The notes beneath the pieces were generated by a model, which was not told where the DNA came from, ran no database searches, and saw nothing but the letters and a program-made list of their open reading frames with translations. From the NCBI GenBank assembly GCA_021831565.1, contig JAKBMM010000011.1, positions 380-64,379 of the forward strand: a stretch of 64,000 nt of DNA, read 5' to 3'. A program made the position numbers and the translations under genes. Below are positions 29,396 to 38,742 of this stretch, piece by piece (position 1 is the first letter of the stretch; the number at the start of each line of letters is the position of its first letter). Source of the DNA: Planctomycetota bacterium. Its GTDB lineage: Bacteria > Planctomycetota > Phycisphaerae > WQYP01.

Positions 29396-29902
29396 ATGTT
29401 GAAACAAAATAAAAGCCTCGCGTCGTTGCTTGCGGATTCCGGCCGGGTCGCCGGCCCCCTGGCGGTTGATGCGGATATGCTCGCCGGCGCCTTCCTTTCG
29501 CTGATTCCGCAAATGATGGGAACGCTGCGGCGGCATATCAAAGCGATCGGGGGGCGGGAACTTCGCGTGGGACAGTTTCGCATGATGCTGGCCATTTACA
29601 TGCGGAAAGAGATTTCGATTTCCCAGACGGCGCAATGTATGGGTTTGACGTTGCCGTCCGCATCCAAAATGGCGGATGATCTGGAGCGGCAGAAACTCAT
29701 TCGGCGCCAAGCCGACAAAAAAGATCGCCGGCGGGCGCTGCTCTCGCTCACGCCGCGGGGCGGGGAAGTGCTCCGGAATGTGATGCTCTCCGCCCAAAAA
29801 CATCTGGCGAAAATATTTGGATCGCTCACGCCCATGGAACGGGCCTTTTTATTTTGCGCGGCCCAAACGTTGCGCCCGCTGTTCGAGCCGACCCCAAGAT
29901 AA
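29396..29902 (+). CDS. MarR family transcriptional regulator
   Basis: HTH followed by DRR..LL.LT..G. Confidence 0.85.
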   Translation: MLKQNKSLASLLADSGRVAGPLAVDADMLAGAFLSLIPQMMGTLRRHIKAIGGRELRVGQFRMMLAIYMRKEISISQTAQCMGLTLPSASKMADDLERQKLIRRQADKKDRRRALLSLTPRGGEVLRNVMLSAQKHLAKIFGSLTPMERAFLFCAAQTLRPLFEPTPR

Positions 29903-29926
29903 GGGGCCGTCAATAAATGGGATGAC

Positions 29927-31249
29927 ATGATGAAAACCGCAATAAAAGTAATTCTGATCGTTGTGGCGGCGGCTCTGGTGGTTGATTGGGGCTGGACCTG
30001 GTGGGCGGGTCGCGCCCCCACGCCTGTCGCTTTCAAGACCGCGCCCGTCACGGTGGGAACTCTTCGCGCCACCGTCAGCGCCACCGGCACGCTCGAACCG
30101 CGGGACGTGGTGGACGTCGGCGCGCAAGTCAGCGGAAGGATTGCGTCTTTCGGTTTGGACGCCAGGGGCCATGAGGTTGATTATGACTCACCCGTGAACA
30201 AAGGAACCGTTCTGGCGCGGATCGACCCGTCGCTTTATGCCGCCGATGTGGTCTCGGCCGGGGCCGCACTGGCCCAGGCGCAGGCCAACGTGGAGGCCGC
30301 TAAAGCTAATTTGGAAAAAGATCGGGCGCAATATATTGACGCCCGGGCCGATTGGGAGCGGGCCAAGCGGCTGGGGCGAAAATCCGTGGCGCTTTCCGCC
30401 AGCCAGTATGACGCCTATCAATCAACCTACGATCAGTCCCGGGCCAATGTGGACGTGGGCAAGGCGTCCGTGGACCAGGCCCGCATGGCGGTGCGGGCGG
30501 CGGCTGCCGCCCTGGCCCGCGCCCGGATAACGCTCGGCTACTGCACGATCGCCTCGCCGGTCAAGGGTGTGGTGATTGATAGACGCGTGGAAATAGGCCA
30601 GACCGTCGCTTCGAGCTTCAATACGCCCAGTCTGTTTCTGATCGCCGAGGACCTGAGTAAAATTCAAGTATGGTTATCTGTTAATGAAGCCGACATCGGC
30701 CGCGTGCATGTGGGCGATCCGGTGACGTTCACGGTTGATACGTTCCCCAACCGGATGTTTCGCGGCGTGGTGTCGCAGGTTCGCCTCAACGCCACCATGG
30801 TGCAGAACGTGGTCACGTACACGGTGGTGGTGGATACCAATAATCCGGGCGGAAAACTGCTGCCTTATCTGACCGCCCAGGCGGATATCCTGGTGGCCCG
30901 GCGCCGGCATGTCATGATGGTTCCCACCGCGGCCCTGCGCTGGGTGCCGCGCACGGACGAAATTCTTCCCGCGGTTCGGACGGCTCGTCCCCGCGGCGCA
31001 ACCGCTACCGGTCCCGCGGCCGGGACGCAACCGCTCCATCGGAACGGAACCGTCTGGTTGCCGGCAAATGGTTACGTTCGCCCGCTCACTGTGACGGTTG
31101 GCCTGGCTAACAACTATCAAACCGAAATTATTTCCAAAACGCTTAAACCCCCCATGCGCGTGGTGGTCGGAGAACAGAAAAGTCGCACGGCGGGTGCGGC
31201 GGGCGGCAATCCATTTATTCCGCAGCCGTTTGCCCATCATCATAAATAA
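29927..31249 (+). CDS. MacA-like periplasmic adaptor subunit
   Basis: VSATG.LEP, VGAQVSG, I.SPV.GVV, GQTVASSFNTP.LF and EADIG. Confidence 0.9.
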   Translation: MMKTAIKVILIVVAAALVVDWGWTWWAGRAPTPVAFKTAPVTVGTLRATVSATGTLEPRDVVDVGAQVSGRIASFGLDARGHEVDYDSPVNKGTVLARIDPSLYAADVVSAGAALAQAQANVEAAKANLEKDRAQYIDARADWERAKRLGRKSVALSASQYDAYQSTYDQSRANVDVGKASVDQARMAVRAAAAALARARITLGYCTIASPVKGVVIDRRVEIGQTVASSFNTPSLFLIAEDLSKIQVWLSVNEADIGRVHVGDPVTFTVDTFPNRMFRGVVSQVRLNATMVQNVVTYTVVVDTNNPGGKLLPYLTAQADILVARRRHVMMVPTAALRWVPRTDEILPAVRTARPRGATATGPAAGTQPLHRNGTVWLPANGYVRPLTVTVGLANNYQTEIISKTLKPPMRVVVGEQKSRTAGAAGGNPFIPQPFAHHHK

Positions 31250-31283
31250 GGGCAAATGTTGATGGGACCGCAGGTTCTGAGAA

Positions 31284-32018
31284 TTGAACATGGATCTGAT
31301 TCGCACCGAAAATTTGTATAAAACCTACCGCCTGGGCGGGGGCGATCTGTCCGTGCTCAAGGGCGTTTCCATGGCTCTTAAGCCCGGCGAACTGGTGGCG
31401 TTGATGGGCGTTTCGGGGTCCGGAAAAACCACGCTGATGAACATCCTGGGCTGCTTGGACCGGCCCACTTCCGGCCGGTACTTTTTTGATGGCGATGAAA
31501 TTTCGCGCCTCTCGCCCAACCAGCGGGCGGTGGTGCGCAACAGCAAAATCGGATTCGTTTTCCAGAACTTTAACTTGTTGCCGCGCACTTCAGCGCTGGA
31601 GAACGTCCTGTTGCCGACCGCTTATGCTGACAGCGGCCTGACCACCAGGGATCTTCGCCGGCGCGCCGTGGAGATTCTCCAACGCGTGGGCCTGGGCGAT
31701 CGGCTGGATCATGAACCGTCGCAGCTTTCCGGCGGTCAGCAGCAACGCGTGGCCCTCGCCCGGGCGCTGGTGAACAACCCGCGGCTGGTGCTGGCGGATG
31801 AACCGACGGGAAATCTGGACTCGCATACCAGCGAAGAGGTGCTCCAGATGTTTCAGCAGCTCAATTCCGAGCAGGGAATCACTATTCTTCTGGTCACCCA
31901 CGACGCCAATGTGGCCGCCCACGCCCAGCGGGTGATTCATATTCGTGATGGATTGATCGAGGCCGGCTCTGTTGCATCGGCGGCGGGTCACGGGACTCTC
32001 GCCACAGGTGACGCATGA
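31284..32018 (+). CDS. MacB-type ABC transporter ATP-binding subunit
   Basis: GVSGSGKT, LSGGQQQRV, LADEPTG; true start may be ATG 31290. Confidence 0.92.
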   Translation: MNMDLIRTENLYKTYRLGGGDLSVLKGVSMALKPGELVALMGVSGSGKTTLMNILGCLDRPTSGRYFFDGDEISRLSPNQRAVVRNSKIGFVFQNFNLLPRTSALENVLLPTAYADSGLTTRDLRRRAVEILQRVGLGDRLDHEPSQLSGGQQQRVALARALVNNPRLVLADEPTGNLDSHTSEEVLQMFQQLNSEQGITILLVTHDANVAAHAQRVIHIRDGLIEAGSVASAAGHGTLATGDA

Positions 32019-33379
32019 TAAAGATCACCACGACACTGAAAACTTCTTTTCGCGCTCTGCGCCGCAATCCGATGCGCTCGGCTCTGACCACACTGGGCAT
32101 CATTATCGGTATCGCGTCGGTTATTGCGATGGTGCAGATCGGCGAAGGTTCGTCCGCGGCCATCAAACAGACCATCGCCAACATGGGCGCCAACACGCTG
32201 ATTGTATTTCCCGGCGCCGCCGCCAGCGGCGGGGTCACCTTCGGTGGCGGCAGCGCGGTGACGCTGACCTCGCAGGATGCCACGGCCATCGCCCGCGATT
32301 GCCCGTCGGTTCAAGCCGCGGCGCCCCAGGTTCATGCGCGGTTGCAACTAGTTCGCGGAAACCAGAACTGGGTTCCTCAGTTTATCTACGGAACCACGCC
32401 GGCGTACCTGAAAATTCGTGATTGGCCGATCGCCCAGGGCCGGGCGTTCACCAATGGGGATGTCTTGGGCGCCAACGAGGTTTGCCTGCTGGGCCAGACC
32501 GATGTGAAAGAGCTTTTCCCCAGCGGTAAGGCCGTGGGAAAGACCATCCTGGTTCAGAACGTACCGCTGCGAGTCATCGGCGTGCTGGCCAGAAAAGGCG
32601 CCAACATGATGGGAATGGATCAGGATGACGTGCTGATTTTACCCTGGACCACGTTGAAATATCGTATTTCAGGCACCGCCCTGCAAAATCAGAATCAAAA
32701 CACTTCGTCTTCCTCGTCCACCATTTCGACGAATCAGTTGTATCCGGAGACTTCCCAGAATCTTTATCCGACACCCTCGGCCGTTGAACAGCAGGATCTG
32801 CCGCAGCCGGTAAGTTTTCCCAACGTAAATGCGATCTTTGTGGCGGTTCCAACCGCATCGCAGATTCCCCAGGCCATCAAGGAAATAACCGTGCTGCTGC
32901 GGCAGAGGCATCATTTGCAACCCGGCCAGCCCAATGATTTTAACATTCGCAACATGGCGGAAATCTCCAACGCCCTCGGATCGACTTCGAAGATGATGAC
33001 CAATCTACTCACGGGCGTGGCGCTGATATCGCTGCTGGTCGGTGGCGTGGGCATTATGAACATTATGCTCGTGTCGGTGACGGAGCGTACGCGGGAAATC
33101 GGCCTGCGCATGGCGGTGGGCGCCAAGCCGCGCGACATTTTAAGCCAGTTTATTCTGGAGGCCATCGTGCTGTGTCTTTGCGGTGGTGTCTTGGGCATTC
33201 TGGTCGGCCAGGGGCTTTCCAGCGCGGTCAAAAACCTGCTCGGTTGGCCCATCGCCCTTTCCGTGCCGGCTGTAGTCGCTTCCGTGGCGGTGTCCGCCGG
33301 CGTGGGACTTATCTTCGGCTATTACCCGGCGTGGAAGGCGTCGCGCCTGGATCCCATTGAGGCGCTGCGATATGAATAA
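32015..33379 (+). CDS. MacB-type ABC permease
   Basis: RS.LT.LGIIIG, GGVGIMNIMLVSVTERTREIG and A.RLDPIEALRYE. Confidence 0.92.
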   Translation: MIKITTTLKTSFRALRRNPMRSALTTLGIIIGIASVIAMVQIGEGSSAAIKQTIANMGANTLIVFPGAAASGGVTFGGGSAVTLTSQDATAIARDCPSVQAAAPQVHARLQLVRGNQNWVPQFIYGTTPAYLKIRDWPIAQGRAFTNGDVLGANEVCLLGQTDVKELFPSGKAVGKTILVQNVPLRVIGVLARKGANMMGMDQDDVLILPWTTLKYRISGTALQNQNQNTSSSSSTISTNQLYPETSQNLYPTPSAVEQQDLPQPVSFPNVNAIFVAVPTASQIPQAIKEITVLLRQRHHLQPGQPNDFNIRNMAEISNALGSTSKMMTNLLTGVALISLLVGGVGIMNIMLVSVTERTREIGLRMAVGAKPRDILSQFILEAIVLCLCGGVLGILVGQGLSSAVKNLLGWPIALSVPAVVASVAVSAGVGLIFGYYPAWKASRLDPIEALRYE

Positions 33380-34865
33380 ATCTATTTTGATCCTGGCTCT
33401 GCTCTTCGGCGGCTGTTTGCTCTTCGGCGGCTGCATGGTCGGCCCCAACTATCACCGGCCGAAAATAGCCATGCCGGCGAAGTGGTCCGGTGCGGCGGTG
33501 GAAAAAAAGACCGCCGGTCCCGCGCCGCTGAGCGTTGTGGTCACGCAACCGGCGAATCTGGATACCTGGTGGCGGCGGTTGAAAGATCCCCAACTCACGT
33601 CATTGATTCACCGCGCCTTGGCCGGCAATCTCAATCTGCAACTGGCCGCGGCGCGCGTCCGCCAGGCCCGGGCGGCCATGCAAATCGTCGCGGCGAATCT
33701 GGGGCCTTTTGTCACCGCTGGCGCTTCTTACCAACGCAGCCAGGCCAGCGCGGATCTGACCCGGCCCGGACAAAGCGCGCCACCGCGGGATAATTACACT
33801 ACGGGTCTCAACGGCACGTGGAACCTGGACCTGTTCGGCGGCGTGCGGCGCAGCGTACAAGCCGCCCAGGACAGCATCGAAGCGGCCATCGACAATCAGC
33901 ACAATACCCGCGTGGCGCTGGTGGGCGAGGTTGCCGCCGATTACATCACCCTGCGCGGCGTGCAGCAGGAAATCCAGCTCGTGCGTCAAACCATCCGCAC
34001 GCAGCGGCGGACCGTGGACCTGGCTCGGCTGCAGGTGGGCGCTGGTTTTTCAACCCAGCTCAACATCGCCAACGCCAGAGCTTTGCTGGCCAGTGTGCAG
34101 TCCCAGATGCCCCCGTTGCAAATCCAGCAGCATCAGCTCATCTACGCCCTGAGCGTATTGCTGGGCAGGTCGCCGGGAGCCTTGGTGCGCCAACTATCTG
34201 CGCCGCACGCCATTCCCCCTGTGCCGCCGCGTGTGCCCATCGGTCTGCCGGCCCAATTGCTGTTGCGCCGGCCCGACGTGCGAAGTGCCGAGCGACAACT
34301 GGCCGCCGCCACAGCCCAGATCGGCGCGGCCCAAGCGGACCTGTTCCCCCAGATCACCATCAACGGTAATCTGGATTTTGCCGCGCAGAATGCCGCCGAC
34401 TGGTTCGATTCCCACAGCATTGCCTGGGGTGTCGGGCCGAGCGTTTCTTGGGCCATTTTCAGTTCCGGGCAAATTCAGGCCAACATCCGCCAGCAGGAAT
34501 TCTTGCGCGATCAAGCTTACCTTACGTACCGCCAGACGGTTTTGGACGCGCTCCAGCAGGTGGAAAACGCCTTGGTCGCCTACCGCCAGGAGCAGTTGCA
34601 CCGCCGCGCCCTGGAAAAGGCGGTGGTTGAAAATCGTATCGCGGTAAGACTTTCACAAGAGTTGTTCCGCAACGGGCTGACGGATTTCACCAATGTTCTT
34701 CTGGCCCAGAACGCGCTATTGAACTCGCACAGCGCCCTGGTTCAGAGCGACCTGACTTTGTCCAACGACTTGGTGTCGCTGTACGTGGCCCTCGGTGGCG
34801 GCTGGAATGCCCCCGTTGCCGGCGCCCCGGCGACGCGCCCGGCGACCATAACCAAAAATCGGTAA
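33372..34865 (+). CDS. Outer membrane efflux lipoprotein (NodT/OprM family)
   Basis: Lipobox GGC-MVGPNY, W.LDLFG, RRPDVR.AE, LY.ALGGGW. Confidence 0.9.
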   Translation: MNKSILILALLFGGCLLFGGCMVGPNYHRPKIAMPAKWSGAAVEKKTAGPAPLSVVVTQPANLDTWWRRLKDPQLTSLIHRALAGNLNLQLAAARVRQARAAMQIVAANLGPFVTAGASYQRSQASADLTRPGQSAPPRDNYTTGLNGTWNLDLFGGVRRSVQAAQDSIEAAIDNQHNTRVALVGEVAADYITLRGVQQEIQLVRQTIRTQRRTVDLARLQVGAGFSTQLNIANARALLASVQSQMPPLQIQQHQLIYALSVLLGRSPGALVRQLSAPHAIPPVPPRVPIGLPAQLLLRRPDVRSAERQLAAATAQIGAAQADLFPQITINGNLDFAAQNAADWFDSHSIAWGVGPSVSWAIFSSGQIQANIRQQEFLRDQAYLTYRQTVLDALQQVENALVAYRQEQLHRRALEKAVVENRIAVRLSQELFRNGLTDFTNVLLAQNALLNSHSALVQSDLTLSNDLVSLYVALGGGWNAPVAGAPATRPATITKNR

Positions 34866-34878
34866 AACGGGAAAAACT

Positions 34879-35074
34879 CTAGCCCGAACATTTCACCGCC
34901 GAGACGCCGAGATCGCAGAGGTTGTTGAAATGAAAGACCTTATAAAGTTTTTTTCCACAACACCGCCGCTACAGACTCTCTGCCATCTCATCATTCCTAT
35001 CTCTTTACTCCTGCGTGGTCTCGGCGCACTCTGCGCCTCCGCGGTGCAAAATCCGGTGCAAAATCCAGGCCTAG
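34879..35074. mobile_element. CTAG-flanked MITE-like element
   Basis: CTAG at both ends; related copy at 45789-45955 shares the internal sequence. Confidence 0.65.
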
Positions 35075-35169
35075 CCGGCCCACGGTCCTTTGGAGTATCA
35101 TCCTCTCCTAAAGCCCATCTTCAAAGATGGCTCTCTCGATGGCGTCGCATACACGCAATGAGTTGAGTT

Positions 35170-35443
35170 CTAGTGCTCTGTCAGCCGTGTAATGATGGAT
35201 TGACGGCGGGCCAGAGGGCCGTGGGCGCGAAGCGAGGAGGATGGCGTATGCAAACATACGTTGACGACGAGCGACAAAGCCCACGGCCCTCTGGCCCCCG
35301 CCCGCAGGGTTGGCCGGAAACGGGCCATCTGCGGCGTCGCGGCGGCTCAAGGGGTCTACGGCCCCGGTTTTCGCCGCTGGCTCCTTGCATCTGGCCCATT
35401 TCCGGCCAATCAATCCATCATTACACGGCTGACAGAGCACTAG
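35170..35443. mobile_element. MITE with 34-bp perfect terminal inverted repeats including CTAG
   Basis: CTAGTGCTCTGTCAGCCGTGTAATGATGGATTGA ... TCAATCCATCATTACACGGCTGACAGAGCACTAG. Confidence 0.85.
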
Positions 35444-35467
35444 GCGTTCACGTGGAGAAAAAACACC

Positions 35468-35872
35468 ATGCCGGAAACTTCAGGGGGCAACGGCGAAATA
35501 CGCCGTGATCCCATGACCGAAATGGCCGCCGAACGCACCATGCTGGCCTGGATTCGCACCGGCCTGGCGCTGATGGGATTTGGGTTTGTGGTGGCCAAAT
35601 TCGGACTGTTTTTACGAAAACTCTCGGAATTGCGCGGCCTGCATATCCAGGTTCCCAAGAATCAATCAATGTCGTTATGGAGCGGCGTGGCCCTGGTGCT
35701 GCTGGGCGTGGCGGTGAATGTAACCGCGGCGATACGCTTTGCGCGCCTGATCCGGCGGCTGGGGCGGGGACTGCGGCCCGCCGCCGCCAACTGGAAAGCG
35801 GCGGTGATTGTGGCCGTTGTCATGGCGGGCATCGGCGTGGCGATCGCCGCGTACCTGGTGCGATTGGGGTAA
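35468..35872 (+). CDS. YidH/DUF202 membrane protein
   Basis: A.ERT.LAWIRTG.ALMGFG; three TM helices. Confidence 0.88.
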   Translation: MPETSGGNGEIRRDPMTEMAAERTMLAWIRTGLALMGFGFVVAKFGLFLRKLSELRGLHIQVPKNQSMSLWSGVALVLLGVAVNVTAAIRFARLIRRLGRGLRPAAANWKAAVIVAVVMAGIGVAIAAYLVRLG

Positions 35873-35874
35873 GT

Positions 35875-36531
35875 ATGAAAATTTATATGAACACGGGTGG
35901 ACTGGCGGCGACCAACGGCTACCTGGTTGCCAATGAGACCGCCGCCCAGGCGATCATCATTGACGCGCCACACAAAACCGTCGCGCCTCTTCTGGACATC
36001 GCCCGGCGCAACCAGTGGCGAATCATTTACCTGATTCTTACGCACGGCCACTGGGATCATATCGGCGATCATCAGGTGGTTACCGATGCCTTTCCGGAGG
36101 CAAAAGTTCTGATCCATCGCCTGGACGAACCCCGGCTGATGAAACCCGAGAGCATGTTCTTTCCGCTGCCGTATCGGATTCCCGCGCGCCGTGCCGATGC
36201 CTGCCTGGAAGATGGGCAAACCATCGCTCTGGGCGATTTGACCTTCTCTCTGATGCACACGCCCGGTCATTCGCCGGGACACGTGGTGTTGCATTGCGCG
36301 GGTGAATCGCTTCTGCTGGCCGGCGATTTGCTTTTCGCCCGGTCGATCGGGCGGACCGATCTTCCCGATTCCAATTCCGCCGATATGCGCCGCTCGCTCC
36401 AGCGTGTCCTGGCGTTGCCGGAGAACACGGTGGTTCGCCCGGGTCATGGTCCGGCTACCAGCATCGGTGCGGAGAAGAACTCCAATCCGTTTTTGGCGCA
36501 GCTCGACTCCTCCACCCATTTCCAAAAGTAA
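35875..36531 (+). CDS. MBL-fold metallo-hydrolase (glyoxalase II / YcbL-like)
   Basis: THGHWDH, HTPGHSPG, GD.LF and PGHG. Confidence 0.9.
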   Translation: MKIYMNTGGLAATNGYLVANETAAQAIIIDAPHKTVAPLLDIARRNQWRIIYLILTHGHWDHIGDHQVVTDAFPEAKVLIHRLDEPRLMKPESMFFPLPYRIPARRADACLEDGQTIALGDLTFSLMHTPGHSPGHVVLHCAGESLLLAGDLLFARSIGRTDLPDSNSADMRRSLQRVLALPENTVVRPGHGPATSIGAEKNSNPFLAQLDSSTHFQK

Positions 36532-36592
36532 TTTCCGCCGTGCCAGAGCGCTAGGATGGCGCCGGGAGAATGCCCCGTGCATATCTTTTTCC

Positions 36593-36746
36593 GTAACCGT
36601 TCACGCCCCGGATGTTTTTCGCGTACATCCCGGCGGGCACGGGTTTTCCCGGTGTGCCGGGACCGCCAATCACCGCGCCGCCCCAGCCACGCAGCCGCGT
36701 GGATCGCAATCCCGCGGCCGTTTTCCGCGCCGCCGTGAACGGTTAC
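36593..36746. mobile_element. 154-bp MITE with 13-bp terminal inverted repeats
   Basis: GTAACCGTTCACG ... CGTGAACGGTTAC; multicopy in this window. Confidence 0.85.
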
Positions 36747-36776
36747 CTTTTCCCCGCTCCGCCTATATCTGGAGCA

Positions 36777-37316
36777 ATGGATGAAAAACCGCCGGTGATT
36801 CTCAGCGTCCCGCTCTCCTCGGTTCAGCCCGACCCGGCCAATGTGCGGCGTCATGGCGCGCGGAACCTCGCGGCGATCCAGGCGAGCCTGCGCCGCTTCG
36901 GCCAGCAGAAGCCGATCGTGGTGGACGAGCGGGGCGTGATCCGGGCCGGCAACGGAACTTATGAGGCGGCCCGGCAACTTGGCTGGACGCATATCCATAT
37001 CATTCGCACGCCATTAACCGGTCCGGACGCCATCGCGTACGCCATCGCCGACAATCGCACGGGCGAGTTGGCGCAATGGGATGAGGAGGCGTTAAACCGC
37101 CAGATCGCCGCCCTGGATGGCGATCTCCTCAGCGCCGCCGGTTTTAACCAGGCCGAACTGGCCAAACTGATGGAAACCGGCCGGAACGAACCCGTGGAGA
37201 AAATGCCGCCGGTGATTTATGAGCTCGCGGTTGGTTGCGCCAACGAGGCGGACCAGAAGCAATTGTTCGAGCGGCTTACCGGCGAGGGACGAACATGCCG
37301 GGTGCTGACAATATGA
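36777..37316 (+). CDS. Phage-type ParB N-terminal (ParB/Srx) domain protein
   Basis: P.N.R.H, SL..FG...PIVVD, AGNG..EAA..LG and IADNR..E...WD; GGAG RBS before ATG 36777. Confidence 0.82.
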   Translation: MDEKPPVILSVPLSSVQPDPANVRRHGARNLAAIQASLRRFGQQKPIVVDERGVIRAGNGTYEAARQLGWTHIHIIRTPLTGPDAIAYAIADNRTGELAQWDEEALNRQIAALDGDLLSAAGFNQAELAKLMETGRNEPVEKMPPVIYELAVGCANEADQKQLFERLTGEGRTCRVLTI

Positions 37317-38389
37317 AGATCGAAGCGGAAGTTTCATGTCCAATCGTGGATTCATTCCGGGTTCGCCAGATCGCGGGGATGTTTGATCTGCCGGTAAATG
37401 GCGTAAGTTCTCAGCGGTTCTCCGTTGAAGTTCCGGGTCTGGATGAGCCTTGGCAAATCGGGCTGATTGTCGGCCCTTCCGGCAGCGGAAAAACCACGAT
37501 CGCCCGCCAGGCGTTTGGAGCGGCGCTGCGGGACCCCCCGCCCTGGCCGGCGGACCGGGCGGTGATTGATTGTCTGGGAGACACGGATATCCGCCAAACC
37601 ACGCGGGTTCTGGCGGCGGTTGGCTTTTCCAGCCCGCCGGCGTGGCTGCGGCCCTGGCACGTACTTTCCAATGGCGAGAAATTCCGCTGCGACCTGGCCC
37701 GGTTGCTGTTGGGAGAAGGGGGAGAATCAAAAGACAAATTGGCTCTCATGGACGAATTCACCAGTGTGGTGGATCGTACCGTCGCGCGGATTGGTTCGGC
37801 GGCTCTGGCCGGGGCGATCCGCGGTGGAGCCGTCGCCAGGCGTTTTGTGGCGGTCTCTTGTCATTACGACATTGTTCCCTGGCTATGCCCGGATTGGGTG
37901 GTGGATATGGCCACGCAATCGCTGGCAAGGGGGAAGCTTCCGCGACCGTCCATCCGCCTGGAAATCCGGACCTGCGATAAAGGCCTTTGGGCCATGTTCC
38001 AGCGTCATCATTATCTGAACGGCCATCTTCCGTCCTGCGTGCGCTGCCGCGTGGGTTTGGTGGAAAATGAACCGGTGGCGTTCGCGGCGATCGCTCCGGT
38101 GGCGGGTTACCGGGGCTATCAACGTTTCAGCCGGGTGGTGGTGCTGCCGGATTATCAGGGCATTGGCATCGGCGGAAAATTTCGCGACGCGGTGGCGGCT
38201 TTGGAAGCCCCGCGTTGCCGGCGTTTGAGCCTTGTGACGAGCCATCCGGCGATGATTCGCTCGCTGGCGCACAGCGGGCGATGGCGATTGCGGTCGGTCG
38301 GCTTTTCGCACCCGGACGCCGCCGGACTTAAGGCCAAGCCGGTCGGTTGCCGGAGCCGGCGGGTGTGTTCTTTCGTATGGAAAAACTAA
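37313..38389 (+). CDS. ABC-type ATPase fused to a GNAT acetyltransferase domain
   Basis: GPSGSGKT, LSNGEKFR, MDEFTSVVDR and SCH; then F..HHYL, RVVVLPDYQGIGIG (acetyl-CoA motif) and TSHP. Confidence 0.82.
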   Translation: MKIEAEVSCPIVDSFRVRQIAGMFDLPVNGVSSQRFSVEVPGLDEPWQIGLIVGPSGSGKTTIARQAFGAALRDPPPWPADRAVIDCLGDTDIRQTTRVLAAVGFSSPPAWLRPWHVLSNGEKFRCDLARLLLGEGGESKDKLALMDEFTSVVDRTVARIGSAALAGAIRGGAVARRFVAVSCHYDIVPWLCPDWVVDMATQSLARGKLPRPSIRLEIRTCDKGLWAMFQRHHYLNGHLPSCVRCRVGLVENEPVAFAAIAPVAGYRGYQRFSRVVVLPDYQGIGIGGKFRDAVAALEAPRCRRLSLVTSHPAMIRSLAHSGRWRLRSVGFSHPDAAGLKAKPVGCRSRRVCSFVWKN

Positions 38390-38742
38390 TGAAATCAGCG
38401 GAGAGAATAGAATCGCCCGGCGGCTTAACAACCGCCGTTACTCAAGCGGATGTGGAAAAGCTCGCCGCCGGCGGGGCGCCGGATGAGGACATCGCCGACC
38501 TGCTGGACATCAGCCGCTCCCAGCTCAGGAAACGCTTTGGCCGGGCGCTGCGCCGCGGCCGGGCGTCGCTGCGCGTCAATCTGCGCCGCGGTCAGCTTGT
38601 CCTGGCCCTGGGCCGGGCGCCCGACGTGCGCATGCTGCTGTGGCTGGGGCGGCAATATCTGGGCCAGAAGGATGACTCGGCCCCGCCCGGCGCGCCGCCA
38701 TTGGAAAAGACATATCTCAACGTGGACACAGACAAGGTATGA
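38389..38742 (+). CDS. Putative terminase small subunit / HTH protein
   Basis: HTH (EDIADLLDIS) and ML.WLG.QYLGQKD; coupled directly upstream of TerL. Confidence 0.62.
   Translation: MKSAERIESPGGLTTAVTQADVEKLAAGGAPDEDIADLLDISRSQLRKRFGRALRRGRASLRVNLRRGQLVLALGRAPDVRMLLWLGRQYLGQKDDSAPPGAPPLEKTYLNVDTDKV

Noticed and set aside
35108-35508. Small ORFs beginning MLCQPCN or MTVHGGAENG
   Set aside because: Translations of MITE sequence that recur wherever the elements occur.
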